A stretch of 64,000 bases of DNA, from assembly GCF_009914755.1 (NCBI RefSeq), contig NC_060939.1, one strand, 5' to 3'. Position numbers and translations under genes: made by a program. Below the pieces are notes generated by a model. The model made no database searches. It saw only the letters and a program-made list of their open reading frames with translations, and was not told where the DNA came from. Below, in pieces: positions 1 to 17,959 of the stretch (position 1 is its first letter; every line of letters starts with the position of its first letter). Source of the DNA: the human T2T-CHM13v2.0 reference genome, Homo sapiens.

Positions 1-142
1 TTTGAATCACCTGGGAAACTTTTTGTTAAATAAAACCAATACTGTTGCCCCACTCTAGACCAATTAAATTCTGGGTTGTGCCAGGTGTCATTACTGTTTT
101 AAAGCTCCACAGGTGACTCTAATGCTAAAGATTGAGACTCAC
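1..142. mobile_element. MER5-like hAT-Charlie DNA transposon fragment
   Basis: gaatcacctggg...ttaaagctccacaggtgactctaatg...ttgagactcact resembles MER5A/B. Confidence 0.6.
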
Positions 143-203
143 TAAACTAGAGAGAAGGAAGTTGAGACAGTTGGCTCTGTAACATTAAGATGGAGGTCAT
201 TTA

Positions 204-512
<309 letters not shown>

Positions 513-763
513 TTAACTACAGAGAGGCTTGGAGATGGAATGAGAAACTTGAGCGGCGTTATGTTTGGAATAACTGGTCTGGGAAATGGGAGAAGGAGCC
601 ACTCTTGCCTTTCTCTTCAGCACTGTTCATTCCTCAGTGTTTATCAGGTCCAAATTAGTTACTTGTCTCTTTGCTCTCCCGTTCCCTTCCGTCCAGGATT
701 GGTCAGCTGTTGTCTCCAGCCTTAAAGCTCAAAGGCCATCCCCACTTCTGTCCCCAAAATGAT

Positions 764-843
764 CAGAGCTAAGCCAATTTATGAGATGCAGAGACCAACA
801 TCCAGAGCTAAGCCAATTTATGAGATGCAAAGACCAACATCCA
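764..843 (+). repeat. 39-bp tandem duplication (2 copies, 1 mismatch)
   Basis: cagagctaagccaatttatgagatgca(g/a)agaccaacatc x2. Confidence 0.95.
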
Positions 844-1271
844 CTCTCATAGAGATTACTACATACAGTGCCTTGCCAATTTAGAATCTTTTTCTATTAT
901 TTATCATTTAAGTTAGTAATGAGATATAAAGATATTTAAAATACAGCTCAATTAGGATGGAAAATTACCGTATTAGGGAAAGCAGGCCTTTAAACAAAGA
1001 ATTCACTTGGCAGGCAGAGAAGCTGTATGAGGTAAAGACCAAGACAGTGTATGGCTGCTATCTATTAACTAGGGTTAATCCAAAAACCTGTCTATCAGAC
1101 CCAGATAAGAACGAGTTATTGTTGTCTAGTATGGCTAGAGCATAGTATGGAGAGTAGAGGTGGGACAGAGATGAAGATGATAAAGTGGGTGTGAACAGAT
1201 TATGAGGAGCCTTGAATTCCATGGTGAAGAGTTTAGATTATATTACTAGAAGTAATTAATAAGTACAAAAA

Positions 1272-1735
1272 AGGTTCTTAACCTCTTTTACCCAGTGGAC
1301 CTTGTTGGCAGTCCACCTTATAGATTCAGTCTCAGAAAAATGTTCTTAAATATATAAAATAGAATACGTAGTAATATAAAGGAAACTAATTTTGTTAAGT
1401 TTTTAAAATATTAAAACAAATGTGTGATATATATGCACTTTATGCATTAAATAAAATCTGGCAGCAGGTCTAATTATATAATTTCTAAGTAGTGATGACT
1501 ATAAATTATATTTTGAAATGCCTGCAGCAACTTTAATGTGATGTGAAAATATCAGATTTCTATTGGTAAAAAAGAGAGTGCTAATATTGTAGTTTGTGGT
1601 CCACACTTATTGAAGAAATGCTAAATTTCAGCTACTGATTATTGAAAACAAACATGCAATTGTTTTCCCAGTCTAAGTTCACAGAACCCTGATATTCTAG
1701 CCACATCCTGGTCTATGGATCCTAAGTTTTAAAAT
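1272..1735 (+). mobile_element. hAT-Charlie DNA transposon (Charlie4a/MER80-like)
   Basis: Starts ggttcttaacc...tggaccttgttggcagtc; internal gaaatgctaaatttcag...aagttcacaga matches my recollection of the consensus. Confidence 0.6.
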
Positions 1736-2160
1736 ATCTCAGTATAATGGTTTTAAGCAAGAGCATGACATCAAATCTGTGTTTCAGAAAAATGATGAAG
1801 CAGTGTTCACTTCCCAACCTCTCTGCTGGGATGAGAGGCTGGCTCTGGGGCAGCAACCAGTACTATCCCACTGTTTCCTAATAACCAGGGCCTGCAGAGG
1901 GACTGAGCTTGTGGGTGTATATGTCTGTGAGAGTAATACCAGAAAATAAATCAGGAAAGGTAGATTGGGGCTATTTTTGTGGAAATCATTGAATGCCAGG
2001 CTGTAATTTGTAGTTACTTTGGTAGACAATGGAGGGTTGTTAAAATTTTTTGGAGTAGAATAATGTGATTAGAGTTCTGTTTGAAAATCTAGAATAATGT
2101 GCAGGTTAGATTATCAAAAGAGAAGATAGGAATGAAGAGACTAGAACAATAAGTTAATTA

Positions 2161-2499
<339 letters not shown>

Positions 2500-2724
2500 T
2501 TATTTCCACAATGTGCTGACCAGTCTAGAGTAACATACATTGGAATAAATGGCATACCTGTCAACAGGAATATATACCCCAGTGTGGGAGTCAGTTAACT
2601 TTATGTGGTCAAGAGGCTAGCCCAGTCTTTTGTATTATAAATGATATTGTTAGTACTTCTAATAAAGCAATGGCCTTACCATAAGTTCACAGATCTTGCC
2701 AAGGCCTTCCTCAGTCAAACTCCA

Positions 2725-3229
2725 TCTATACCTGTGAGTCCTACATTTCTGACTTTTAAAAGTCAGAACCTGTCTATACCTGTGAGTCCTACATTTCTGT
2801 CTTTTAAAAGTCAGAACTCCTCTCTTTTTGCCAATTCCTTAAACTTCTTGGATGGGAAAGAAGTTTAGTTTAAACACATTAGCAAAAGAATGGGAGGTCC
2901 TCAAGGCCCAGGCAACCCATCTCCTTTGAAACTGATCAATACCGGACTATAAAAACTTACTGCTCAAATCCAGCTAGTACCCAAAGTATGTACTGTCTAT
3001 ATACCTGTCTATACCTGTGAGTCCTACATTTCTGACTTTTAAAAGTCAGAACTCCTCTCTTTTTGCCAATTCCTTAAACTTCTTGGATGGGAAAGAAGTT
3101 TAGTTTAAACACATTAGCAAAAGAATGTGAAGTCCTCAAGGCCCAGGCAACCCATCTCCTTTGAAACTGATCAATACCGGACTATAGAAACTTACTGCTC
3201 AAATCCAGCTAGTACCCAAAGTATGTACT
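2725..3229 (+). repeat. Complex tandem duplication: 48-bp-period partial copy followed by a 235-bp-period duplication, each carrying a 22-bp palindrome
   Basis: tctatacctgtgagtcctacatttctg recurs at 2725, 2773 and 3008; the long copies differ at about 4 positions. Confidence 0.95.
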
Positions 3230-4276
3230 TTTTAAATGTATTCTAAAAAATTGAATTTGGGGTTTAGGTATTACTGATCCAAATGAGTCCTATAAAATTA
3301 ACTTCCAGAACTAGGTTCTCAGAGAGGCCACCATTACCACCTTCTTCAACATAACTAGCCTATATTGACTTTCTGTCCATCAAATAATTGGAGGCCATTT
3401 GGGTGGTGATAGGAAGAATCAAGTTTATGCAGAACTTGAGGTTCAGCTATCTGACACCTTTTGCGGGAGGAGGAGGAGTGGGTCTATCTGAAATCAGAAA
3501 TAATACTTTTATGAGGCTTTTTAATAATTTTTATTACTTACAGAAAATTTCTGAAAGTTCCTTTCTCTGGCTCCCAATTAAATGGCTTACTCCACAATCA
3601 ACTTATAAAAGCACTGGATCATTGTCTTGATCCCAAAAAATTTGTCCCAACTATAGTTACTATTTTGAGCATCTGTATTATTGTTTGAAAACCTTAGGCT
3701 TGCTTTCCCTGATGGCCAATGAATAAAACTCTCAAAGTCGTGTGATTCATTACTCATTAATTCATTAGATATTTATTGAACCTCTACTATGTGCCAGGCA
3801 CATTTTTGAAACCCACTAATGAGCAATTTGTAATGACAATTTACCTCTTAACTATCTATGAAAAAAATAACTTGCCAGGATTTGAAATCCTTAGAACAAA
3901 TGAGATTAAAAGATCATAGCTTTTTTGTGTTCTTTCAAATAGTGTGTTTGCATAGAGCTGCCATGTGCTGACCACAGTGATTATCTGTGAAATGAGGTAA
4001 ATCATGGCTTTAACCACTCCTTATCAGACTTTGTTACCACATGTACTAAAATAAAGTTCTGTCTACACCTTTATAAAATATTATCTTACACAGACGTCTT
4101 ATTAATTCTAATGGCCTCTCCACACCTGACCCTCACTCCTAGTCATTTCAAAGTTTGCAATTGTGTAAAGTCATTTCTCAGAAAATTTGAAGCAAAACAA
4201 AGTCACCACAAGAAAAACTTGGTATACACCAGGTTTATATTGAGGACAAAAACTGTGACACAATTACAAATGGAAC

Positions 4277-4574
4277 TTTTTTTTTTTTTTTTGTGATGGA
4301 GTTTTGCTCTTGTTCCCCAGGCTGGAGTGCAGTGGCGTGCTCTTGGCTCACCACAACCGCCACCTCCTGGGTTCAAGCAATTCTCCTGCCTCAGCCTCCC
4401 GAGTAGCTAGGATTACAGTTGTACACTACCACGCCTGGCTAATTTTGTATTTTTAGTAGAGACAGGGTTTCTCCATGTTGGTCAGGCTGATCTAGAACGC
4501 CCGACCTCAGGTGATCCACCCGCCTTGGCCTCCCAAAGTGCTGGGATTACAGGCATGAGCCACCGCACCCAGCC
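4277..4574 (-). mobile_element. AluS (Sq/Sp-like)
   Basis: Antisense Alu with TSD tacaaatggaact. Confidence 0.92.
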
Positions 4575-5689
4575 TACAAATGGAACTCTTGAGGTAGAAA
4601 TGGTAGACCAGGAATAAAATTATTTTCATGGTCAATGACACCTTAGCCATTGATAGCTGTGCCTAGTTACAGAGCAATAAATGGAGAGCCTTGGTGTTAG
4701 ATGAAATCCTAAAAAGTCACCTGTTTTATCTCCTTGGCCCCAGACAGAATAAAGTGGAATTTATAGCAGTAGAGTTACCAAGCATCATCATCACACCAAG
4801 TAGGTTTTGTACTTTGAGAGCTGAATTCCTCTCTGAAATATTGATGTTACAGGAATGTTGTTTAAATTCATAGCTCATTTATAAAATTGAGAATATTTCT
4901 TACATTTATAACTGTGTTGTGTTTTCCTGAGTTTTTCAAGATATGTTTCACTTCTGTACTTTGCTCACTCAGGAAAAATATTTATTTATTAAAACTCTAG
5001 CTTGTCAGGCACTGAAGTTAGAAGGATGAGTAAAATCTAATCTGTGTACTCAAGAGGGTTATATAATAAATCTTGATGGTCATTCTTACATGCCACATTA
5101 TACAGATCTCCAGATGGCTTAGGCTTAGTTTTAAAAGGAAACGTTTTAATTGGGGGGAAATTGAAACCCCAAAAAAAAGCCATGAACTTCCTTCCTGGAA
5201 ATATTTTTGCCATAAAAAGCATATTTGGTCTTGGATGTGATTCTTTTTGTGAAAGTGCAAGTTGAATCAGACATTAGAAGTTGGACATAATCTTCTAATT
5301 TTAGTAAACATCAAATTATTTTTAAATATTTGTGTTTGAACATTTATGGAAAAGAGATTAGATTTACCTGTTTTATCCAGAGGACAGAAGTAAGACTCAG
5401 AAGTTGAAAAAATGGAAATATTTTATGTCATTATAAGAGTGGGAACTGGTACATCTTTTATTCCTCTTCAATATGGAAATCACTGTATTTACTAATTATG
5501 TGTTCATTATTAAAAAAAGGGGAAAAATTAAAGCACAATATCAAAAGGTAGAAGGAAAAAGGCAAAAAAGTATTAATCCTATTTCTTAAAATGATATTTA
5601 CACTTGATGGATATCGTTCTTGATTATTTTTCTGTATATTTTTATCATATACAGATGTTTATATCAAAGCATATTATGAACATTTTTCT

Positions 5690-6310
5690 TTTAATAAATT
5701 TGTATTGACAATATTATATTTAATGGCTGAAAACTATTCCATCGTGTGGAAACCCTGTTGTTTAATTTACCAGTCCTTTTTTGAACTCCAGATTGTTTCC
5801 AGTTTTTCTGTTACAAATACTGCCATGGTGAATATCTTGTTGAATTTTTGCACACATTGTTAATGTCTCCCTTAAGTTAAATTTCTTAAAGTATAATACC
5901 TACATATATAAATTTCTTAAGAATTCCAATATAATGGCAAATTACCCTTGAAAAAGCTTGCATGTATGACAGTCCTATCAAAATGGGGCATCATTTACTC
6001 ATTTCCCATAATCTCTCAGCAATGCTAATTATTATTAGTTTTCTTCACCTTTGCTAACTTGACAGGTAAAAAAATGAAATTTTATTTTAACTTACATTTA
6101 TTTGATTACTACTCTGATGTCCAGTGTCTTTTCATGTGTTTATTGACTAGTCATGTAAGTGTATTAACTAATATTTTCTAACAATTTTTTTTTTACTTTT
6201 TAACATTTAAATTTGTATTCTATCTAAAATATAATTTGATGTAAGGTATGAGGTAAAACTCTTTACTTTTTTAATCAAATAATTAACAAGTTGTGCCAAT
6301 GCTACTTATT
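5690..6310 (-). mobile_element. Old L1M fragment
   Basis: AT-rich degenerate L1 3'-region motifs (aatggctgaaaactattccat, gattgtttccagtttt, ttacatttatttgattact). Confidence 0.55.
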
Positions 6311-6534
6311 AAAAAATCCAGCAAGCATATCCCATACTTCAATATACAGATAATAAAGTACTGATAGATATTCCTCCAAAAAAAAGAAAGACTATTTCGT
6401 GGTTAAATAAGTTTGGGAAAAGATCATACGAAAAAAAGTTAAAATTTTTTATCGCCAAACTCTCGTTAGCCTCTAGTGTGTGTGTGTGCATTAGGAGTTA
6501 GCATTTCCTAATTTAATTAACCATGTAATCTTTT

Positions 6535-6844
6535 TTCTTTTTTATTTATTTATTTATTTTATTTATTTATTTTTTTGAGATGGAGTCTCACTCTGTCGCC
6601 CAGGCTGTAGTGCAGTGGGGTGATCTCGGCTCACTGCAACCTCTGCCTCCCAGGTTCAAGCAATTCTCCTGCCTCTACCTCCCAAGTAACTGAGATTACA
6701 AGTATGCACTACCATATCCAACTTGTTTTGTATTTTCAGTAGAGATGGGGTTTTGCCATATTGGCCAGGCGGGTCTCAAGCTCCTGACCTCAGGTGATCT
6801 GCCTGCCTTAGCCTCCCAAAGTGCTGGGATTACAGGTGTGAGCT
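6535..6844 (-). mobile_element. AluS
   Basis: Antisense Alu with (TTTA)n tail. Confidence 0.9.
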
Positions 6845-6911
6845 ATTTTTTTTAACCATGTAATCTCACTTCATAGGTATTTCAGGAAATACCTATGAAA
6901 GCCTGTGGAAC

Positions 6912-7499
<588 letters not shown>

Positions 7500-7809
7500 T
7501 TACTACTACACTATGAGAACAGACTCTCTCATTGATTTGTAAAGACTCCATCATCATATTTAAAATTTCTAATCTACATATGATTTTTTTATGCTATTGA
7601 TTTATCTACTTCTGCTCCAATACCACACCCCTAGTTTTAAGTCAAGGTTCTGCACCTTTCTCTCTCAGAGCAGAAATGAAGAATTCTTGCATGGAGTAGG
7701 AAATTAGATTAGAAGTGATAGTAAAGGCGCTTTCACTTCCCAGACTCTAAATGTAAACATTTCTCTGCCGAACTTGATTTATATTATGTTGAGCTGTATA
7801 CTCAATTAC

Positions 7810-8620
7810 TTATTCATTTATTCTACAATTATTTATTGAGTACCTGCCTGGTAAGCACTGTTTTAGGTCCTGGGGTTAAAATGGCAAACAAGGCAGACAA
7901 GGCCCCTCGTCGTCTTATTTTCATAGAGCTTACATTCTTGTTTTGGAGAGGGAAAGAGAAGAGGCAGGGGGAGGAAAAAAGAATATGAACCAATAAACAA
8001 ATAAATTAAAAAACTATCACATAGTAATCAGTGCTATTCAAGGAATTGAAATTAGAGTGATAGTAACTGGTGGCCTCTTTGTTTTGGCTGCCCTGAGACC
8101 TCTGTGACTTAGTGGCATTTAAACTAAGATCTGTCCAAAGAAGAAGCTAATTACTAGAAGGTCCAGGCAGAGCTAGTACCACCCTCAGGAGGGAAAAAGC
8201 TTGGTGTATTTGAGGAGTAAAAAGAAAGTCTTTGTGGCTGGGTCTTAGTGGGCAAGCAGGGAAATAATAGGAGATAAGGTTGGAGAAATAGCTGAAGCCA
8301 CATTTTCATGTAGGGTTTTGTAAACTAGGGTAGGGAATTTTCATTTTTTTCTGAGTATGATAGCTACTAGAGACTCCTAAGCAGGGAACAGACCTGGCCT
8401 AATTTAAATTTTTAAACAATTATTTTGATGGAGAATTTATTGGCACAGTCAGTAGTGGAAATAGGAGACCTGTTAGGCTAGGTCAAGAAAGAAATGGTGA
8501 TAGATTTGACTAAGGTGATAGTAGTGAAGATGGAAAGCATTGGACAGATTTAGAACATTTAGGCTATAGAATCAACAGGACTTGTCAATTGGATGTGAAG
8601 TGTGAAGACAATAGAAAACT
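7810..8620 (-). mobile_element. L2 fragment
   Basis: ttcattt...atttattgagtacctgcc...gagcttacattctt is the reverse complement of an L2 3' end. Confidence 0.65.
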
Positions 8621-8624
8621 CTGG

Positions 8625-8910
8625 GATGAGCCTGGGCAACATAGTGAGACCCTGCCTCTATAAAAAAAAATATTAATTAGCCAGACATGGTGGTATGCAC
8701 GTATAGTGCATATAGCTACTTGGAAGGCCAAGGTGGGAGGATCACTTGAGCCCATCAGTTAAAGGCTGCAGTGAGCTATGATTGCACCACTGCACTCCAT
8801 CCTGGGCAACAGAGTGAGACGTTTTCAAAGAAAGAGAGAGGGAAAGGGGAGAGGGGAGAGAGGGAGGGGAGGGGAAGAAGAAAAAACAGAGAGAGAGAGA
8901 AAGAAAAAAA
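8625..8910 (+). mobile_element. 5'-truncated AluJ with GA-rich purine tail
   Basis: Alu sequence 8625-8822, then a near-pure (A/G) tract to ~8910. Confidence 0.85.
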
Positions 8911-9981
8911 CTAACTCTTGGATGATGTCTGTAATCCATTATATAGTAACCAGGTTCAATTTTCAGTCTGATTATGGCAGGCAAAATTGGGACACATAAG
9001 ACACCAATAAATATATTTTAACCAAATGAATAAATTTACTTTAATAAATGTTTCTCTCCTGTACACATTTAAGCTGCTAAAGCATAAGCTTGTGCTCATT
9101 CCTTTATTATTAGGGAATCTGACTCCTAAGAATTTGAGGTTTATCTCATAAACACATCAGCTATAGGTAATTATTAGACTGTTCCCCTGAAGTATCCAAG
9201 CCAACAGAGGAGACTGAATGAAACAGAAAAAATTGCCTGCCACAGTTGCAAAAGTTCTGTGAGATTCTCATATTTTATTTTTAAATTTCATGCTGATTTT
9301 GCATTTTATGCCCAAGTTTATGTTAATAATTAAAATATTTTTAGTTGCTGATTTAAATGTTTTAAGTCAATGATTAAGTGGTTTAGCTCTTTCCCCTAAA
9401 GTTGGTCAAATTAAAGCTCTAGGAAGATGCCCTGTGATTAACTTGTGTTTGTTTTTTGGACTTTCTTTGTTGCTATCTGCTGGCACATGGGCATGTATCC
9501 ATTTAGAGAAGTACAGATGCATCTCTGAGCATTTGTAGTTTGGTACAACTTAAAATCGTAGCCAAAGCGAGTGAGGAAGGCAATAGCATTTAGAAACAAC
9601 TGACTTTTATAATCTGCACTTACTTTGTAATGTTTTTAAAAAACATACCTGAATGAGGCTGTTTCTCTCTTTTTATTTTTTTAAGGAATGCTTACTGAAT
9701 AATTAGAAAAAAATGAGTAAAGGTCACAATTCTGGAATAGTATGTTTTCAGTAAAACAGATTTATCTGGAGTACTACTTAAGTCAATAGCCAACAGGCTT
9801 ATTTTCCCTGAAGTTTTGAGAATTGCTGTATGCCATATAAAATCCTTGTTAATTTAAAACTCTAATACATATTTTAATCCCATAAAATAAATACTTATAC
9901 ATCTATAAAATAGACAATTATCGTTAATATCCATTGTAAATTAGTATTTTTAAGCATTTCCATTCATTAAAAATCCAGATT

Positions 9982-10595
<614 letters not shown>

Positions 10596-10640
10596 ATCCA
10601 GACTGAAACAGCAATAACACCTCCAGTTAAAAGTTAATCT

Positions 10641-10965
<325 letters not shown>

Positions 10966-11069
10966 TTAAGATAGTTTAATAAATGTCCCCAGTGCTTTAT
11001 TAGAATTGTAAAAGTTCTTAAAATTAATTCAACCTGGAAATTTACAGATTACATAACAGTGATCTAGAA

Positions 11070-11272
11070 TAGGGATTGGCAAACTTTTTCTCTAAAAGGC
11101 CAAATAGTAAATATTTTAGACTTTGCAGACTACTCTGTCCTTAGAGGTCAAAAGTAGCCATAAACAGTATGTGAACAAATGAACATGACTTAGTCCAATA
11201 AAACTTTATTTATAGAAGCAGGCAGTGGGCCAGATTTGGCCTGCAAACTGTAATTTGCTGACCTTTGGACTA
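11070..11272. mobile_element. MER58A-like hAT element
   Basis: gggattggcaaactttttc...ggccaaatagtaaatattttag...ccaataaaactttattta...tttgctgacc. Confidence 0.75.
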
Positions 11273-11291
11273 GAAAACTAGAATGTTTTAG

Positions 11292-11627
<336 letters not shown>

Positions 11628-11704
11628 TAAAAATTGGCAGAGATGACAGCTTAGAATCATAGAATATAGAGCTAGTGGAAACTTAGAAAAGAGCTAGTGG
11701 AAAC

Positions 11705-12003
11705 TTAGACATCAGAATAACTTGGAAATATCTTAAAAATGCAGAGGCCCAGATTCTATCCCAGGTGTATGCTCTTTAAAATCCCCACAGATAGGTGGGC
11801 ATGGTGGTGCATGCCTATAGTCCCAGCTACTCAAGAGGCTGAGGCAGAAGGATGGCCTTGAGCCCAAGAGTTCAAGGATGCAGTGAGCTATAATCACACC
11901 ACTGCACTCCAGCATGGGCGACACAGCAAGACCTCATCTCTTAAAATAATTTTTTTAAATCTCATAGATGATTCTAATATGCTTCCCTGGCTAGAACCAC
12001 TGT
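11705..12003. mobile_element. MER5-like element containing an AluJ right-arm fragment (~11790-11945)
   Basis: catcagaataacttgga...aaaatgcagaggccc...gatgattctaat...agaaccactg. Confidence 0.55.
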
Positions 12004-12669
12004 TTACCTGGTCCAGACCACTCAGTTTACAGATGATGAAGCTGAAATTCATAGGTTAAGTGACTCTTCCAGAGTCAAACAACTGGTTAATTGTAGATCT
12101 GAACTTAATCCCAGGTCTGACTCCCTAACTAATATTTTTTCTACTGAACCAGCAGCTTCTTCCCTTGTATCAGCAGGCCATCAGAATGGCTCCTATTGAA
12201 TTGTGAATTTTCCCTTCAAGTTGGTTTTTATTACTTTTTATTTAATTACTTTGTTTTTTATAACAAATATTCAAGTAGTGTGCATCTTAAGGATTTTAGG
12301 ATTAATAAGAAGTAATCTCCTTCTATTAAAATTAATCCTTTGTTAAGGAAGTGTTCTACACTTATGAATTCAATATTAGCTTCATTTAATTACAGAATTT
12401 GGAAGATACAATAAACTAACCCCTGTAATGACAGGGTTTGTGTATACTGACAACACATTAACATCATTGCTTCACTCAGATTGAGAGAACAATTTTCCCT
12501 GGACTTAGCATTCTCTCTCTTTATGCCAAAGATAAAGCACAAGAGCAGAGTCATGCCATGGCTAGTTCCATCTTTGATAACTTTGTGGCTTTATATAAAG
12601 AGACAAGTGCTTTATTTTCAAGAAATCTTTGGGGTCCATTATTGCCACCTCAAACATAGGGAACAGGGA

Positions 12670-12890
12670 AGGAAACTAAGTTTTTTTGAGAGCCTACTGT
12701 AGATCAGACAAGGTGCTGAGTGTTTTCACTCATGTTTTTAATTCGTGTAACAACCTGTGATTATGTTATTACTACCTCATCTTACAGATGAGGAAAATGA
12801 GGCCCAGAAAGAGGAAGAATAACTTGCCCACGATCACTTAAATAGTAAGTGGCAAGGTCAGAGCCTAGACCCAAGACTTCCTAGCCCTAA
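12670..12890 (+). mobile_element. MIR
   Basis: Core ttacagatgaggaaaatgaggcccaga...aacttgcccacgatcac. Confidence 0.8.
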
Positions 12891-13621
12891 AACATAGAAC
12901 TATGTGTTTGGTAAGATTTTACAAATAGAACTATAAGGAGGTCATTGGCTCCCCAGTTGACTCACCTTTCTTGCCCTTCCCCTAGTCTTGCTTACCATCC
13001 ACCAAGACCAAGTACACAGATCCTTTTAACTCTAAACGAATTTACTATTAACAGCAGAACAATAAAGGATAACAGGCAAAGCATAAAACCAAAGAATAAG
13101 GATGTTACAAAGAATACAGAAATCTTAAGTGGCCTTATTTCTTTTTTTCCCGTAATCTAAATTTTCTGACTTCCCTTTAAAAATATTTCATTCATCTGGC
13201 AAACATTTATTGCACTTCAGATATGCCAGGCACAGTGCTCACTACATAGAAAATATTCCTAAATGATTATAGATGGCTCTTGGTTTTTTGCTAGGTCCCC
13301 TTCCATCTCCTTTTCTCCCACCCCATTGATAATGTTATTATCATCCTCTCACTCACCCCCAACTGAAACCTTCAGACCATTTCATAATTCTTTTTTTTTT
13401 TTTTTTTTTTTAAACAGAGTCTCACTCTATCCCCCAGGCTGGAGGGCAGTGGCGAGGTCTCGGCTCATTGCAACCTCTGCCTCCCGTTTTATCTACCCTC
13501 CTCTGATCACTTACTGAGTCTTATTGATTCTCTGTCTACAATATCTATTCCTCCACATTCCTACTATCATTTCTCCTGCTTTAGGTCATTACCTCCTACC
13601 TTTACTTGCAATAAAAATCTA

Positions 13622-13975
<354 letters not shown>

Positions 13976-14655
13976 TTATAGCTGAATTATTATCTTCCCA
14001 AAGCATTGACCTGGCCATTAATGGCTCCCACTTCCTCCAGTATAAATTTCAAACTCCTTCACTGGAATTCAGTCTGTCACCACTTAGCTTCTAAGAATCC
14101 TCTAATATTTGCCTGCACCTCTACTACTCCCACTTCATTCTAGCACGCTAGACTATTCAAGATTCTCTCCACATTTGAAAGCACTTTCTTTACCTCTCTG
14201 TCTTCCACATGCATCCAGCTCCACCTGTCCTTCAAGAGCCCACTTTTATGCCACTTTCCTCAAAGCCATTTCTGATCTGAGCACTCATTCCTTTTCATCC
14301 TGTTAGCCAGGAATGATTATTCTCTCTTGTGAATTCCCATACATTCTGTTTGTGCCTCTTATGGATTTCTTATCTCATTGACTAGAAGCCACCTTATACA
14401 TCTTTGTATCTCCCATAGCATCTAATATGAGGTGCTCAGTAGGTATTTATTGACTAAAATAATGGTATATGCAGTACGTGTTCATTATAACAAAATAGGT
14501 TTAAGCTCAGTAAGGGTAGAAACTATTTCATTCTCACTCTATATTGCCACCCCCTGACACAAAGGAGAACACTCAGTAGACCTTTGTTAAATGAAATACA
14601 TTACAGTTATCAGTCATTGGGTTATAAATTTCCTGATGCCATAATAGATACCTAG

Positions 14656-15335
<680 letters not shown>

Positions 15336-15338
15336 CTG

Positions 15339-16185
<847 letters not shown>

Positions 16186-17959
16186 AATAAAAATAGAAAA
16201 TATTTTCACTTTACAGAAAAGGAAAGTGAGAGTTAAGGAAATTTAGTAATTTATTTATGATCACACAGCCAATGAGTAACAGAATTGAATCTAAAATTTA
16301 AGTCTTCAAATACGAAGTTTAGAGTTATTTTTGGCAAAGGGTGGGTTTGGCTAAAGGCTAGTTGAGTTCTATTTGCATTAGAATTTTTGGAGTTAAACTT
16401 GCTGTCATGCTGTATGGAACAGAATTAAGGCCTTGATTAACATTTTGTCTATGTGCTTGGTATTTTAAAAATCAAACAGACAAAACACAAAAACTATTTC
16501 TGAAGAAAATCTTAGCCCAGCTTGTGGACATTCCCTTCAAGGTGAGAGATGACTGACTGTTGAGGCAGTCTTCTTGCAGGTTCCTTTCCCTAGTTGGGTT
16601 GGTGTTGAAGACTGGGTGTGATTTCAGCAGGCAGTGTAGAGAGTAGGTCTCCGGGTTTTTGCCAAGCTATATGACCTGGCACTCACAAGTATGCAGTGTT
16701 TATTGAAGACATGAGAGACAGATGCTGTAGCCAGGGAGCAGTCATTCTGCCTTTATATTATAAACTCTTACATCAAGTCACATCGACAAGCTGATTACCT
16801 AAACTCTGTCAAATTGCTTTTGTTTGATTGATCTGTGCCCATTTGCCATAAGGCTAGATAGTAAAGATTATTATAGGAAACAATCCTGTCTGTTTCATCT
16901 GTTGTAAGGATACTGTGAGGCACTATTTGTTATGATGCACCATGTCTTTTATGAAAATCTCTTGAGAAAAAACTATCGGACTATAATACAAAGAATTATT
17001 TTACCTCTCCTGAGCAATTGCTTTGTTTTTGTCTTATGGACATTGTGAATGTTTACCTTTCTCTGGCCAGATGCCAAAAAGCTTAGAGCCAAATTTGTGG
17101 CCCACCCATAACAAATGTGCTCTATGCCTCATTAACTTCATTCTTGGCTCCAGTTTATGTCTCTCCACTAGTCTTTTTTTCTTAAGAAGATCCTAATTCA
17201 TGCCATCTTATTATATATTTTTTCTTTTTTCTCATAAGTAGCCTTATGTTGTTTCTCAAATAGTCAGATTATGACATACTGTGTCTACATAAAACCATGT
17301 TGGATGCCCCTTCATTTACTTTGGCTTTTTTTCTTGAGGGGTGTATTGATTTTTCATATAGGTTTTTGCAGCGTTTTGTTACACGAAAATGGTTATATCA
17401 CAAAAATTATTGCTTAATAGTGTAGACAAGTGGTAAAATAACTGGTCTAATGGTCAGAATTGATTAAATTGATGTCATAATTCTAGTCTTGTCTTTTACA
17501 GCATTATTACTATTTTCTTATAATATGCTTTGTTTTGCACTCTCAATCTGCATGTGACAGTTTATTGCTGTGTGATTTTCAGAAATATTGTCGTGCTGCC
17601 AGGTCACTGCATAACAGCTAACTCTCTGTTAACTCTGTTGAGTCTGTTAGGCTCAAATATTCTACACCCATCAGACTTGTCTCACTTTGGGTGGTCACAG
17701 GCATATTAATTTCATCACACAACTTGTCTTGCTTCTCCTCTAAATTAGTCATTCTTTTATTTAGACAAGATAATGTGAATGGATATTTGTTTTCAAACCT
17801 CATTTTCTTTGATTGGTTTGGAGCTCTAGCTGGATTTTCTGATTATCTTACTAATGTCATCTAATTGATAAATATTATTGTACAACTTTTTAAACTCTTT
17901 TAGTACTTCCAAGTAAAATTATTTGGTCTTCTCTACAACTCTCTAGGGTATGTAAGGTG

